Positions 27,461 through 40,534 of a DNA stretch of 64,000 bases are shown here, one piece after another. A model generated the notes under the pieces. That model was not told the origin of the DNA. It ran no database searches and saw only the letters and a list, made by a program, of their open reading frames with translations. The DNA lies in assembly GCA_951406725.2 (NCBI GenBank), contig OX597824.1:72974001-73038000 (forward strand), given 5' to 3'. Position numbers and translations under genes: made by a program. Every line of letters begins with the position of its first letter. The stretch's first letter is position 1. Source of the DNA: Octopus vulgaris. Taxonomy: Eukaryota.

Positions 27461-29255
27461 TCTCATACGCACAATAGATTAGACTGTTGGAAAAAAATTC
27501 CTGATACCGGCTTACAACAAATAACCTTAAATGCCAAGAACCCTCCTAAGTATTCTAGCTATCTCTAATAACACTGTTTTCTGGAGCTGTACTAGACTGA
27601 GTTTTATGCCTATTTCCTCTATCCATCTGTTCAAATCTTTAGGGATAGTTCCTAATGCACCTGTAACTACTGGGGTACATTTTTACCTGAAATTTCCATA
27701 GTCTCTGTAACTCAATGGCTAGGTCCTGGTGCTTTGTTATTTTTTCTATACCTCTCATATTGACTTTCTCATCATTTGGGACTGTAAAGTCAATTATCTG
27801 GCATTTTCTCTTCTCTTTGTTTACTAAATCAGGCCTTCTAGCTTCTGTCTGTCTGAATATTGAAGTCCCAGTACATCTTATATTTCTTACTTTCAAGTAC
27901 TTTACTAGGTTCATATTCATTTGTCAATATGGTCAAATCTTAGCTTTCTACATAACTACCAGTGGATTACTCTCCCTAGGTTGTCATGTCTTTTTATCTA
28001 TTCTTTCTGTGCCAGCATGCTACATTCACTTACTATATGAGTAACATTTTCATCTTTTGATTTACATAATCTACATTGGGAATCTCCCTGGTTTTCATCT
28101 ATCTTGGCTTTTATCCAATTAGTCCTTAATGCTTGATCTTGTGTTGCTACTAACAAGCTTTCTGTCTCCCTATTCAGCCTCCCTTTCTGCAACCATAACC
28201 ATGTCTCACTACTCCTATTTCTTGCAATTGTCTTTGGGAATCTACCACAGAAAGCCTTCTCTTACCAGTGAGATAATCTTTCTTCTTTTTTCTGGTTTTA
28301 ACTTCATTTGGCTTTTTGGTTTCCCTATGTCCCACTGTGACTGTAGCTGCTCTTAATAAACTTTCTTCACTATTACCTACATAGGAGGCAATATCTACTC
28401 TAGCTACCTCCACGCAGTTCTACTGATATAAACCCTCTTCCAGCTTCCTTTCTAGGTAAGTATAATCTTGCAACTCCTGCTCTTGGATGACATCCTTCAT
28501 TCATATTGAATTCCTTCTTAGTTCTTCTGTCTAAATTTGCTAATTCAGATTTTGTCCAATCTACAAAAGCTGCTGCGTATTTAAGTAACGACACTGCCCA
28601 AGTATTTACAGTCTTCACTACATTCGGACCATTTAGCTTTGACTTCATTAGCTTCCTCACCCTTCATTAGCTTCCTCAATTTTCATTTTCATTTCTATAG
28701 TTAGTACTCTGTCAGATTCTAATACTCCTAGATACTTATAACTCTCTGCTTCTTTCAGTGATTTTAATGTCTAGCCATCTGGTAATTGAATGTCTTCACT
28801 GTTGACTACCCGTTCCTTTTTCACAACTAGTATTGCACACTTATCTATGCCAAATTCCATGCCTATATCTTTGCTGAATAGTCTTACAGTCTGTATTAAG
28901 GAATCTATCCCTTTTTCATTCTTACTAAAAAGCTTCAGATCATTCATGTTGAGCAAGTGGTTAGTTTGTCCTTAACTATTTCTGAACTGATACCTTCCTT
29001 TTGCCTTCCTTAATACTAAACTGAGGGGGATTAAACATAAGACAAATATTAAAGAGGATAACGAGTCTCCTTGGAAAATTCCTCTCTTGATATTAAGTTT
29101 CCCTAAGGCTGTGTCACCTGAGTAGAGATCTATTTTCCGTTTCTTCATGCTAAAGCCAATTAATTCGCTTACGTTCTCTGCAACACTGAATATACTCAAA
29201 CATTCACTTATTCATGAATGTGGTATCATATCATAGGCTTTCTTATAAACTATAC
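27461..29255 (-). mobile_element. 5'-truncated, frameshifted R4/Dong-like RLE LINE (RT, CCHC knuckle, RLE) with 3' end in (TAA)n
   Basis: IKRGIFQGDSLSSLIFVL; HLLNMNDLKLF..GMEFGIDKC; RLYLPRKEAGRG; CRLCKSKDENVTHIVSEC; RRPDL; long TTA/TCA tract at 27183-27460. Confidence 0.92.
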
Positions 29256-29839
29256 ATGGATGCCTAGAGGGAGAACAGTACTCCTTATGAAAGAAAAATG
29301 CCAGGGTAATACAGCTAGCAATTACAGACCAACCACTTGCTTACCATTAGCGTGATAAGCATGTTGAATATGTCCGAACAATAACTTTAGATTAATACAT
29401 GTAAACAAGAAATATCCAACTAATTAGAAAATGGTAATTAGAAGCCATTATTGGATCTGTTAAAAATACGTAAAACATTCCAGAAGTTTAGCCTGTTGTA
29501 TACACACACACACATCGGAACGTTTAAATATACCAACATATGTATGTGTACACATACACAGGTCAAGACATGTATACATGTATCATATAGGTACAACATG
29601 TATATGTTAATTCAACATGTGGGACTGAGAAAATGCGGGATTATATCAACTCCAAATGGAACATCACATGCTTTGAGCATGATAACAGTCGACATTATCT
29701 ACAACTCAGTGCATTTTAAAACAATTAGTACTATGAGGGTCTGTAAACATCGCCTTCAACGGCCCTCATGCTGGTACTCATTTTATTGAAACTCAGTACT
29801 CATGACTAAGTAAGTTAGTCAAAATGAAGGGCGACGTCG

Positions 29840-30415
29840 TTCTTCTTCTTCTTCTTCTTCTTCTTCTTCTTCTTCTTCTTCTTCTTCTTCTTCTTTTCCA
29901 CGTCGTCCTCCTCCTCCTCTTCCTTCTTCTTCTTCTTCTTCTTCTTCTTCTTCTTCTTCTTCTTCTTCTTCATCTTCTTCTTCATCTTCTTCTTCTTCTT
30001 CTTCTTCTTCTTCTTCTTCTTCTTCTTCTTCTTCTTCTTCTTCTTCTTCTTCTTCTTCTTCTTCTTCTTCTTCTTCTTCTTCTTCTTCTTCTTCTTCTTC
30101 TTCTTCTTCTTCTTCTTCTTCTTCTTCTCCAAGTGGTTGCGACCACCGAAATGCGTTTCACCTCGCTGTGCCAGGTATCTCTGTCCCACATTAGTTTTCG
30201 TATGTCTTCAATTCCATGCGTCTCTGATAATAACATCAATGTAGCCGAGCTGTCTTCGTTCTCTGTTTCGGGTGCGGAAGTCGCCAAATTATAACATCCG
30301 ATATGGTCTGGTGTTCAGCACGATAGCAATGGCAAGCAAAGCCCACATTACATTCACCAACAATTTGATTATCGGAATTGTTAACTTTTTGCGTCTATAG
30401 ACCACAATTGCATCA
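29840..30415 (-). mobile_element. RTE-like LINE 3' fragment with long (GAA)n tail
   Basis: Minus strand HCYRAEHQTISDV and IEDIRKLMWDRDTW resemble the RTE ORF2 C-terminus; (CTT)n at 29840-30128. Confidence 0.6.
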
Positions 30416-30518
30416 GTCCTACCACTCATAGTAATTACAATTTAGTTTAATTAGTATAAAAATTAGATTAAGTACAAAAATTACATTAAGAATATCTATT
30501 ATGATATCACCAGACATT

Positions 30519-30676
30519 TAGGAGTGGTTGTGTGGTAAGTAGCTTGCTTACGAACCACATGGTTCCGGGTTCAGTCTCACTGCGTGGCACCTTGGGTAAG
30601 TGTCTTCTACTATAGCCTCTGGCCGACCAAAGCCTTGTGAGTGGATTTGGTAGACGGAACTGAAAGAAGCCTGTCG

Positions 30677-30738
<62 letters not shown>

Positions 30739-30939
30739 TGTGTCTGTGTTTGTCTCCCCCAACATCACTTGACAAGCGATGTTGGTGTGTTTACGTCCCC
30801 GTAACTTAACGGTTCGGCAAAAGAGACCGATAGAATAAGTACTAGGCTTACAAAGAATAAGTTCTGGGGTCGATTTACTCGACTAAAAGGCGGTGCTCCA
30901 GCATGGCCACAGCCACATGACTGAAACAAGTAGAAGAGA
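30519..30939 (+). mobile_element. SINE family A
   Basis: Full body; TSD AGACATT. Confidence 0.9.
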
Positions 30940-32110
30940 AGACATTGTCTGCATAGAATTAAAAAACGGAGAGCAGGACTTCGGGTACGAGCACGAGTTC
31001 CAGGAGGAGTTCGGCGTTCGAATTGCGCATCGAAGTTCCGGAAACGACGTCAGTCAAGGAGGTAGCAATGTTCGGCAAACTTCCTGAGTGTGCTGGCAGG
31101 CGGAGGCGGTCGAAGGAACGGAAATGCGCGGACGAACAGGGTGATTACATCATTGATATCATCTTGTGTCTATAAGCTCAGAATTGCGTAAGTTCTTCCA
31201 CTCATAAATAAGTTTAATTAGTATAAAGAATATATTAAGATAATCTATTTTGATATCATCAGACATTGCTTGCACAGGATTAAAAAAGGCGATTGGGATC
31301 AAATAATTTTCTCTGTTTACTAACTGTTGTAAAAATTGGAGTCAACTCCCGTCACCCGCGCCACCGTATGACATTAACTACGACGGCTTTTGATGAAATT
31401 CTTTTTTTTCTTTTTTTTTTTCGCCACATTGCTTGCTATATATATCGGGTGCAGATTGCATCGATAACCAGCTGGTGGAGGCTCTTCCAGGGGTTAAAAG
31501 CGATAGTAACGTCGAACAGCCATATTGATGTAGTGATAAACATTACTTCTCAGTATAGTTGCCGCTTTTATCTCTTATTGGCATTTTCTAACTGGTTACT
31601 TTAGGCTTTTTTTTTTTGCCTTTTATTAAGAATCAGCTGCAAAAATAAAGTTCGCCTACACCATCCGTGTGTTTTAAAGTTTAGTTGAACAATTATAATT
31701 TAACTCATTTTCGCACCGAAATGTGGATAGATGAAATAAGCTTTGGTATAATTTTGTTTTTCAAAAAAATCTGTCGGTTTTAAGATTAAATTATGAAACT
31801 CTGTGTAGATGCTTTTAAAAGAAGTTTCAAATAACTGCGTGGATGGAATATTCAATTTATACTCAGGTTACAATTATTATGAATGTTTTACGTGAACATT
31901 GTAACTTCCTAACTTTGCAGGAATCTGTGAGAGTTTATAGATGCTTTGTATTCTAACTCACTAAGTGAATTTTATTTCTCAAATTTTGGTGTAGGGAGCA
32001 AGTATAGTTATATGGTGAAGTCTACTTTGCAATCTCATGCTTTCAGGTTTGGTTCACCGCATGCCACCTTGATCAAGTGGCTTCTAATAGGTATGAGACG
32101 TTTGGGCACA

Positions 32111-32341
32111 ACCTATTTCTTTATTACCCACAAGGGGCTAAACACAGAGGGGACAAACAAGGACAGACATAGGTATTAAGTCGATTACGTCGACCCCAGT
32201 GCGTAACTGGTACTTAATGTATCGACCCCGAAAGGATGAAAGGCAAAGTCGACCTCGGCGGAATTTGAACTCACAACGTAACGGCAGCCGAAATACCGCT
32301 AAGCATTTCGCCCGACGTGCTAACGATTCTGCCAGCTCACC
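32111..32341 (-). mobile_element. SINE family B, full length
   Basis: Head GGTGAGCTGGCAGAATCGTTAGC, B box, CORE-like domain, tail ...AAAGAAATAGG. Confidence 0.9.
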
Positions 32342-32350
32342 GTTTGGGCA

Positions 32351-33113
32351 CAACCGTTTTGGCTACGCCTATTTCACGTCGCTGACTCGACACTACTTAT
32401 TTGAAATTCGAGATTTTGGCCCCGTGACCGTTTTGGCCGCGACTATTTCGCATCGCTGACACGACACTGACTTATTTTGAAATTCGAGATTTTGGCCCCG
32501 TGACCGTTTTGGCCGCGCCTATTTCGCGTCGCTGACACGACACTGACTTATTTTGAAATTCGAGATTTTGGCCCCGTGACCGTTTTGGCGGCGACTATTT
32601 CGCGTCGCTGACACGACACTGACTTATTTTGAAATTCGAGATTTTGGCCCTGTGACCGACTCGGCCGCGCCTATTTCGCGTCGCTGACACGACACTGACT
32701 TATTTTGAAATTCGAGATTTTGGCCCCGTGACCGTTTTGGCCGCGACTATTTCGCGTCGCTGACACGACACTGACTTATTTTGAAATTCGAGATTTTGGC
32801 CCCGTGACCGTTTTGGCCGCGCCTATTTCGCGTCGCTGACACGACACTGACTTATTTTGAAATTCGAGATTTTGGCTCCGTGACCGTTTCGGCCGCACCT
32901 ATTTCGCGTCGCTGACACGACACTGACTTATTTTGAAATTCGAGATTTTGGCTCCGTGACCGTTTTGGCCGCGCCTATTTCGCGTCGCTGACACGACACT
33001 GACTTATTTTGAAATTCGAAATTTTGGCTCCGTGACCGTTTCGGCCGCGCCTATTTCGCGTCGTCGCTGACACGACACTGACTTATTTGAAATTCGAGAT
33101 TTTAGCCTCGTGA
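32351..33113. repeat. CpG-rich tandem satellite, 76-bp unit x ~10
   Basis: TGACCGTTTTGGCCGCG(A/C)CTATTTCGCGTCGCTGACACGACACTGACTTATTTTGAAATTCGAGATTTTGGC(C/T)CCG starts at 32425, 32501, 32577 ... 33033. Confidence 0.95.
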
Positions 33114-33559
33114 AAATTTTGCTTTTATTCTATTGTAGTTAATAACCAATCTGTAATCGCAGCTGCTAAACTACTCAACTATTAAATTTCGTTTAACGTT
33201 GTGTTTCACTTTATGCAGATGATGGTTGGTGAAATATTGGCGAAAAGGAGAAAAAGAAAGATTTTCTCGATGGATTTCTGTATGATTCTGACAAAGTAGA
33301 ATTGACAGTGAATTAAAATTTTGGCGCTTTAAATAGAAAAAATCGGAGAAAAGAGAGCCATTAAGATGTATTAAATGACACCGATTGCTACAAACATCTC
33401 GCTCTCTCTCTCTCTCTCTCTCACTCTCTCTTTCTCTCTCACTCACTCACTCAGTCTATAAGTGTATATATCTGTGTGCATGAGCGTGTGTCAAAAGTAT
33501 TGCTTCCCCCCAAGAAGCTATTCCGAAAGCAGGCTAAATGTCCAGAAGCTTGTTTTAAA

Positions 33560-33560
33560 T

Positions 33561-33595
<35 letters not shown>

Positions 33596-35170
33596 TACAC
33601 ACACACACACACATACATACACACACAAACTCACATACACATATATGAGATTCGTTTAGAAGGAGGCTGACCGTTTTAACCGATGGTAAATGTCAATATT
33701 TGCAGCACGGTTAGCACGCCGGATAAAATGCTAAGCAGCATTTCATCCGACTTTACGATCTGATTTCAAGAGCCGCCGAGGTTGCCCTTACCTTTCATCC
33801 CTTCGGAGTCGATAAAATAAGGACCAGCATAGGGGTCAATGTAACCGAGTTAATCCCGTCCTCCCTCGAAATTGCTGGCCTTGTGCCGAAACTTGAAATC
33901 AATATTTGAAGCATAACCACGACATAGAGTTTCCATCTAATTTATGCTTTTTTTAAAATAAAATTTTGCCGAGATACACTTTTGATGGCAGCAGATCTCG
34001 ATTATGCTTGATACAAGTGAAGAAAAAAAAAAGAATTTATTTGTTTATTTCTTATTCAGAAAGAGAAGAATTCCAGAACTGTCCAATCATATAGCAACTT
34101 GCTTTATGATTATTACGCAACGTGACATAATGATATCAGGCATGAGAGATTCGGTTTATTGTAGAATGTCACCCGGAATACATTCAACTTGTATTCTTGA
34201 AGAAAAACTGGGAAATCTCTTAACTTGTACCTTGTTAATTAATAATTATCTTTTGTTTTAGCTATTAGACTGCAGTGGAGGCGCGTGGCTTAGTAGTTAG
34301 GGGTGTCAGCATCATGATCGTAAGATTGTGGTTTCGATTCCTGAACCGGGCGACGTGTTGTGTTTTACACACACACACATACACACATATACACACACAT
34401 ACACACACACACACACATACATACACACACAAACTCACACACACATATATGAGATTCGTTTAGAAGGAGGCTGACCGTTTTAACCGATGGTAAATGTCAA
34501 TATTTGCAGCACGGTTAGCACGCCGGATAAAATGCTAAGCAGCATTTCATCCGACTTTACGATCTGATTTCAAGAGCCGCCGAGGTTGCCCTTACCTACT
34601 TCATCCCTTCGGAGTCGATAAAATAAGGACCAGCATAGGGGTCAATGTAACAGAGTTAATCCCGTCCTCCCTCGAAATTGCTGGCCTTGTGCCGAAACTT
34701 GAAATCAATATTTGAAGCATAACCACGACATAGAGTTTCCATCTAATTTATGCTTTTTTTAAAATAAAATTTTGCCGAGATACACTTTTGATGGCAGCAG
34801 ATCTCGATTATGCTTGATACAAGTGAAGAAAAAAAAAAGAATTTATTTGTTTATTTCTTATTCAGAAAGAGAAGAATTCCAGAACTGTCCAATCATATAG
34901 CAACTTGCTTTATGATTATTACGCAACGTGACATAATGATATCAGGCATGAGAGATTCGGTTTATTGTAGAATGTCACCCGGAATACATTCAACTTGTAT
35001 TCTTGAAGAAAAACTGGGAAATCTCTTAACTTGTACCTTGTTAATTAATAATTATCTTTTGTTTTAGCTATTAGACTGCAGTGGAGGCGCGTGGCTTAGT
35101 AGTTAGGGGTGTCAGCATCATGATCGTAAGATTGTGGTTTCGATTCCTGAACCGGGCGACGTGTTGTGTT
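33560..35170. repeat. Tandem segmental duplication, ~806-bp unit x2
   Basis: 33560-34365 and 34366-35170 are near-identical (identical ORF translations at 34004 and 34810), with a few substitutions and a small indel. Confidence 0.92.
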
Positions 35171-35335
35171 CTTGAGCCAAACACTTCATTTCACGTGGCT
35201 CCAGTCCACTCAGCTGACAAAAATGAGTAACGCTGTGACGGACTGGCGTCACGTCCAGGTAGGGAATTTCTACGCCACTGAAACCGGGAAACCGGGCCCA
35301 TTATCCTGGCTAGGCTTTAAAAGGGGCACATTTAT
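35082..35335 (+). mobile_element. SINE family D head with an alternative tail
   Basis: Head/body like 10822 up to AAAATGAGT, then GACTGGCGTC.CGTCCAGG...GAAACCGGGAAACCGGGCCC. Confidence 0.75.
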
Positions 35336-35519
35336 TTTTATTAGACTGCAGCCATGCTAGGGTACAATCTAAGGAAACGAACTGATGGTTCATAGATTTT
35401 TTTTCATGATGTGCAGAAAGTTATTGAGCCGTGAAAAAGGTACGGAATCATTTCGCCGTCTGAAAAAGTAATCAGCGACGTATTTCATTTTAATTTTGAC
35501 ACAAGTTTGCAATTTTGAG

Positions 35520-35892
35520 GAAAGTCGATGAGAGATAACGCTGACCTCGATGGGATTTGAACTCGGCATGTAAAATCTCTAAAGAAATGTAGCTAAGCCT
35601 TTTCTCAGGCGTGCGAATGCTTCCACCAGTTTGACATTAATAATAATCAGCGAAATTTTTTTATAACTTGGGCACAAAGCCAGCAATTTTGAAGCAGAGG
35701 TGGAGTGGAGAATAAATTAATTACATAGACATCAGTTCTTGACTGGTAGTTTATTTTATCGATCCCAAAAAGATGAAAGGCAAAGTCGATCTTGGGAGAA
35801 TTTGAACCCAGAATCGTAAAAAAAAATTCGGAAGAAATGCTGTTAAGCATTTTCTGTGACGCGCGAACGACTCTACCAACTCACCGCCTTAA
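35520..35892 (-). mobile_element. Degraded family-B SINE copies
   Basis: GATGAAAGGCAAAGTCGA..GGAGAATTTGAAC recognisable. Confidence 0.65.
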
Positions 35893-36397
35893 TAATTAAT
35901 CATCACCATCATAGTAATGTGTGTTGTTTGTGCGTGTGCGTGTATGTGTGCCCTCAACGTTTGTTTTTACTGTTTTGTTCTCAATGTCTTGTTCTTCTTA
36001 CCACTTTCACCCTCCGCAAAAAATCCCAAACTTTATTTAATTTGCTTTGCGGGAATGACTGTTTCAACGAAGTCGCGTCTTGTTCTTACCTTCGAAACGT
36101 GGAGTAGATGAAATAGGGACAACTGAAGAAGGGGAATATTTTTTTATGTTGTATGTCTCGTTTCTCTGTTTTTTTCGTTGTTCGAAAAAACGTTCGTTTC
36201 TTTGTTTTTATTCTTGTTTTTGTTTCTCATTGTGTTCAACGTTTTTTTGTGTCCTGTATCCATATATGCATGCATATATACATATATATGTAGGTATGTA
36301 CATATATGTATATATGCATATATTTATATATTATTTATATTATATTATATATATATGTATATATATATAAAGATGTATATATATATATATATGTATG

Positions 36398-36483
<86 letters not shown>

Positions 36484-36549
36484 TTTATATATATATATAT
36501 GTATATTTGTATATATATATATATATATATATGCATACACACACACACA

Positions 36550-36766
36550 CATGATGTTCAAAAAGTCTCTCCGCAGTTAATTTTCAGCCTCTCCAAGATG
36601 TATTTCAAAACATGTGTAGAAGAGTCAACTTACTTTCAACACCTCATATAAAGTTTTTTTAAATCTTGTGAAGTCTAATATATTCTTTTGTAGTCTTATA
36701 CTATCATATAAATATTTAATTTGCAATAACAAATACCTACTGCGGAGAGACTTTTTGAACATTCTG
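36550..36766. mobile_element. Tc1/mariner-type MITE
   Basis: TIRs ATGTTCAAAAAGTCTCTCCGCAGT / ACTGCGGAGAGACTTTTTGAACATTCTG-TA. Confidence 0.8.
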
Positions 36767-37087
36767 TATATTTAGATGTTTCATAGATGTTTTTGCAATT
36801 GCAGTATGCAAAAATTAAGAAATTAATGCCGTTAGTTAATTTAATTTACCTTGGGTTGATTTAGAGGTGATAACCTGTCATTACGAATTAGTGGAATAGA
36901 TCCATTAGGACTTGTAGAAATCTGTGGTGATTGTGGAGGGACCGAATCAACAGCAGACAGGTTATTAATATCGTCAGCTTGAATAGCTACAGCTGAGTTG
37001 GAATGAAGAATGAGTCAAGCTTCAGTTGTCTTCCTTGCCGATATTACAGTCAGATCGTGAGTTCCCTTAAAGCTGTAAATTGTTAAT

Positions 37088-37088
37088 G

Positions 37089-37144
<56 letters not shown>

Positions 37145-37285
37145 TGTGTACAGTGCTCAGGTGCACTACAACTCATCTAAAGTGTATATATAATCAGGTG
37201 TAGTTTCGGCGGATTTCGGAAAGCATGAGGGCCTTAAAGGATGCAGTGTCATGGCAGTCAACAACTGACGCAGGCAGTTTATTCT
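37088..37285 (-). mobile_element. CR1/L2-like LINE extreme 3' end with (TTA)n tail
   Basis: Minus strand NKLPASVVDCHDTASFKALM resembles the WNxLPxxVV...SFK ORF2 C-terminal motif. Confidence 0.65.
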
Positions 37286-38487
37286 GAATATCAGTTACTG
37301 CTGACAAGACAATACACAAAAGGACGTTATCAACAAAGTTTAATAAAATTGTAAAGGCGGGTTTCTTGAACAGTAGTTTGTCGTCTTCATCATCTCTCTG
37401 TCTCTATAGCCACCAATTTTCCCCGCTATTTCTTCTTCCGTTGACATTTGACATCGTATCTCCTTTATGACTTCAAGCCAAGTTCTGGCGTAGTCTTCTA
37501 TGACATCTGTTCCTTCTGTCCTCTGAAATGTACAATGGAAAACACTTGCCTCGAGTTCTTAAAATTCGTATTCTACCTCAACATTGTACAGAAGTTTTAA
37601 ACAATTTTTAGCTAAACTGTTTGTATTCAGTGCCTTCAGTAAAGCTGTTACATTAAACGTTGCTGGCTCGAAGCTATAGTTTATGATGTTATTGAGAGAT
37701 ATTTGTCCTCGTCTGTCTTCCCTTATATTATCCGCTTCATTCACCACAAGGCCGTCTTTCAAATATCTTCGTTAGTTCAATCGTGTGCTGACTACAATTA
37801 CATCTCGATATATTGACTCTGACTTGGAGGTTACGTTAGATGGAAAAAACAAAGATAATATTTTCCCATCATTCGTGACAAGACGGTGAACGCCTGGGTG
37901 AGCCGGAGCATTCTTCTAAATTAGGAATGCCTTCACCTCATCAGCAGATAGTTTGAAGACATCTTCATGGTATTTACGCAGTTGTTAAAAATATGCATGT
38001 TGCACCTCAATTTCTTGCTATGGTAATAATGCGCTACTTGCTGGTGCATTATGTCTTTCAAAATTCGAAGATGTACTGTCGTCTCTACCACTATAGGTAT
38101 AATATCAATTTTCTGGAACCTTTAGGTCAAAGCCTTTCCGGATTATTGATTTTTCCGGACCAGGTATGGTCATCTTGGTCAACACACTCTAAATTAAACA
38201 AATACTAAATTTGCTAAGATAATTAAATGAAATACATGTACCTGTACATTAGTAGAAACAATACAAGTCTATTAACAACGTACTGTGTAGGGTACACATG
38301 CGCGCGCACATTGAACAAACATAAACACACATACAATGAAAGATAGCGAAAATTCAACTTTGCAAAAAGTAAAAACCTAACGTCCATTTTCATTTGTTGG
38401 GATTAGCAAAGATGTGAAATATCACAACATGCAAGAAAACGAAGAAATGTAAATTACACTTGCCTAATGCTGAAAGAAAATTTGAAA

Positions 38488-38785
38488 TCTTTATATATAA
38501 AAGTCAAGTTGTGTGTCTGTCTCCTACGATTTAGATTCCTAACTCCTCCCACATTTTGCGGTGCAGTTTAACCAAAACCGGGTATCTTATAGTCGTGATT
38601 CATATCGAGCCCTTCTGGGTATTAGCGCGCGTCTACGATGAGTCTACGATTTTAAAAATAATTTACCATCATTTTTTTCCATTTTAATGCATTTTTTCGC
38701 TATTATATAAGGGAAGTAATTCTCTAAAAATGCTTATATAGTTATTTCCCTTACAAACCCGAGCAACGCCGGGCGATACTGCTAG
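38488..38785 (+). mobile_element. Non-autonomous Helitron monomer
   Basis: A|TC...CCCGAGCAACGCCGGG..CTAG|T, no TSD. Confidence 0.9.
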
Positions 38786-38830
38786 TTATTTATACAAAAT
38801 GATTTATATATAAACACACATACACACACA

Positions 38831-39311
<481 letters not shown>

Positions 39312-39787
39312 ACACACACACTCATCTTTCAATGTGTGTGTTAATATTTATGTGTGCATGTTTCAGTCATTCGGAGAAATATTTTGAAAATCCTAAAGAT
39401 CTTATGAAAATAATAGTGCACATGTGAGTGAATTGAAAATCAGTTTCAACGAAACGGAAAGATAATTTTAGTAAATCAACGAAAGATTAATTAGCTATAT
39501 TATATTTCTGATTTCAGAATTTTAGAAAATTTATTCTATACAGAGGATGGTTAATGATACTAATTTCAAAACTTACGACAAGGCGAAATCGATATTCCAA
39601 AGTCACGGCAACATTTGAACTGACTAATTAAGAATTATGGGATTGTTGACATGTTTTGGTCAGAATTTTTACAGGTCATAAAGTCAAACACATTCAACCA
39701 TTTAGCCTGTCGTGTTAGCGACATCAGTTACAAAAGAATCGTAGAAAAGGAGGGAAAAACCAAAGCTGTATGTAACATACGTTTTTC

Positions 39788-40148
39788 TCAAAGCAGGACC
39801 TCAATGTAGGTAGCAGGGTTAACTCTAAGGTCTTGTGGAAAGAAGTAAGGAGGCATCATATGTCCTTCATTGTAATCAATGGTCTGTTGAACTTGCTGGA
39901 TAAATTCAGGTCTTCTGATGATTTCAGTCTCTAGCTGCTTACAAACTTTGTAGACGAAAAATCTGGCAACTTTTAAAAATCGAGATATATCTAAATCGCT
40001 ATGCTCAGCCTTTATAACCACAATAACAGCATGCCTCTTCATTTCTTGAGTAAGCTGAAGGTCTGCCATTATTATTTTCTGAAAGTGAGCAAAAAATGCA
40101 GCAATGACCCCCAAAAAGGCATGTCCTCAATTACCTTACGCATCCTGT
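39788..40148 (-). mobile_element. Internally deleted Tc1/mariner (DD37D/maT-like) relic
   Basis: MKRHAVIVVIKAEHSDLDISRFLKVAR (HTH) fused to NEGHMMPPYFFPQDLRVN..YIEVL; TA-CAGGATGCG terminus. Confidence 0.65.
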
Positions 40149-40170
40149 ATATATATCAATAGAGTGGGTA

Positions 40171-40458
40171 TATTATCCGAAATGTATAGTATTATATATC
40201 CATCACGGCTGATCTTACCAATTGGTTTGCGCTAGGAATACAACCGAGTATTAGGTAACAATCCGATTATATAACCTTACGCTCATCAGTTAGTCGATAT
40301 GGAAAGGAATATGGCAACATTCCTTTCCATATCGGCTAACTCTGATGAGCATAAAGTTATATAATCGGATTGTTACGTAACACTCCGCTGCAATCCTAGC
40401 GCGAAACCGATTGGTAAGATCAGCCGTGATGGATATATAATACAATACATTTCGGATA

Positions 40459-40461
<3 letters not shown>
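40171..40461. repeat. Palindrome (~140-bp arms, 8-nt loop) carrying two outward-facing hammerhead ribozymes
   Basis: Arms are reverse complements around ATGGCAAC (40311-18); each arm has CUGAUGA...(G)AAACC(G/A)AUUGGUA. Confidence 0.88.
40326..40433 (+). ncRNA. Type I hammerhead ribozyme, intact core, extended stems I and II
   Basis: Stem I CCAU..CGGCU..CU / AG..AGCCG..AUGG; CUGAUGA 40342-48; stem II closed by GC/GC; GAAA 40403-06; stem III ACC(GAUU)GGU; GUA triplet ending at 40416. Confidence 0.78.

Positions 40462-40534
<73 letters not shown>

Noticed and set aside
32351-33113. Regular array resembling CRISPR
   Set aside because: Units are contiguous and near-identical, with no unique spacers or cas genes, in a eukaryotic context
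34004-35067. Two identical 85-aa ORFs
   Set aside because: By-product of the tandem duplication; no recognisable domain
37890-37948. Minus-strand CTGATGA followed by a long hairpin
   Set aside because: GAAA and stem III are missing (reads CAGGCG), so not called a hammerhead
37300-38070. Coding-like minus-strand sequence (MKDGLVVNEADN...)
   Set aside because: Interrupted by stops and no recognisable family; probably a decayed element that cannot be assigned
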